24,000 bases of DNA from Acidimicrobiia bacterium (GTDB lineage Bacteria; Actinomycetota; Acidimicrobiia; IMCC26256; DASPTH01): positions 16,088 to 40,087 of the forward strand of contig DASPTH010000140.1 of assembly GCA_035623515.1 (NCBI GenBank), given 5' to 3'. A program made the translations under genes and the position numbers. How positions within the stretch are numbered: the stretch's first letter is position 1; every line of letters starts with the position of its first letter. Of this stretch, positions 23,674-24,000 are shown in pieces. A model generated the notes under the pieces. That model did no database searches. It had not been told where the DNA came from and worked only from the letters and a program-made list of their open reading frames with translations.

Positions 23674-24000
23674 ATGTCGACGGCGCCGAGTCCGAACACG
23701 GAAGCGGCTCCGTGGCGGTGCTCGCCGCTGCTGCCCGACGTGCGCGAGCGCACGTTCGGTGATGCACTCCACGAGCTCGCGGCCGCGGTGCCGACCCGAG
23801 TGGCCGTGCACGACGGCGACCGCCGAGTCACCTACCGCGAGCTCGTCCAGTACACGGACGCGGTCGCACGCGCGGTGTCGGCGCCGCGCGGAGCCCCGCC
23901 GGTCACGGTGATCGCGGGGGCGGACCTCGCGTCGCTCGTGATGACGTTCGGTACGATGGCGGGCGGACGCGCGACGGTACCCGTGAACGCAGCCTCGCCG
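23674..24000 (+). CDS. AMP-dependent synthetase/ligase (acyl-CoA synthetase family), N-terminal fragment continuing past the right window edge
   Basis: Not in the ORF track (no stop inside the window). The hand-translated frame from ATG 23674 reads MSTAPSPNTEAAPWRCSPLLPDVRERTFGDALHELAAAVPTRVAVHDGDRRVTYRELVQYTDAVARAV...LASLVMTFGTMAGGRATVPVN. This is the usual N-terminal layout of adenylate-forming enzymes. Alternative in-frame starts are ATG 23632 and GTG 23611. Confidence 0.7.
   Translation, partial: MSTAPSPNTEAAPWRCSPLLPDVRERTFGDALHELAAAVPTRVAVHDGDRRVTYRELVQYTDAVARAVSAPRGAPPVTVIAGADLASLVMTFGTMAGGRATVPVNAASP

Overview
Very GC-rich, actinobacterial-type chromosomal window. The strong G/C preference at codon position 3 makes most long antisense or overlapping ORFs in the track spurious. 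From 12.6 to 21.7 kb lies the conserved actinobacterial cell-envelope/division signalling locus: tRNA-Leu(CAG), then tightly coupled fhaA-fhaB-pstP-rodA-pbpA-pknB, a short MutY-type glycosylase, trpG/pabA and crgA. A small TM/Cys-motif protein, a thiolase, a PaaI thioesterase and the start of an AMP-dependent ligase follow. From 0 to 12.6 kb is a mixed metabolic/lipid neighbourhood. It holds a partial radical-SAM gene (runs off the left edge, not in the ORF track), a PAP2-type membrane protein, mtnA, a DUF1080 protein and a polytopic GT-C-like membrane protein. It also holds a 76-aa secreted Ser/Gly/Asn-rich peptide, an F420-type LLM oxidoreductase, WS/DGAT, a membrane-anchored esterase, a collapsed FAD-oxidoreductase remnant, a tandem-hotdog protein, an SDR and a large alpha/beta-hydrolase-domain protein. 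I found no transposase, integrase, CRISPR array, toxin-antitoxin pair or recognisable defence module, and I cannot honestly point to a clear novel multi-gene system. The most unusual items are: (1) the mtnA/PAP2/radical-SAM operon; (2) the membrane GT-C-like gene divergent from a sequon-rich secreted peptide; (3) an in-frame-collapsed FAD oxidoreductase still coupled to the esterase; (4) a MutY-type gene with no canonical start codon abutting the pknB stop; (5) a (CCA)3 C-rich tRNA trailer; (6) several back-to-back divergent gene pairs whose spacing implies leaderless transcripts.
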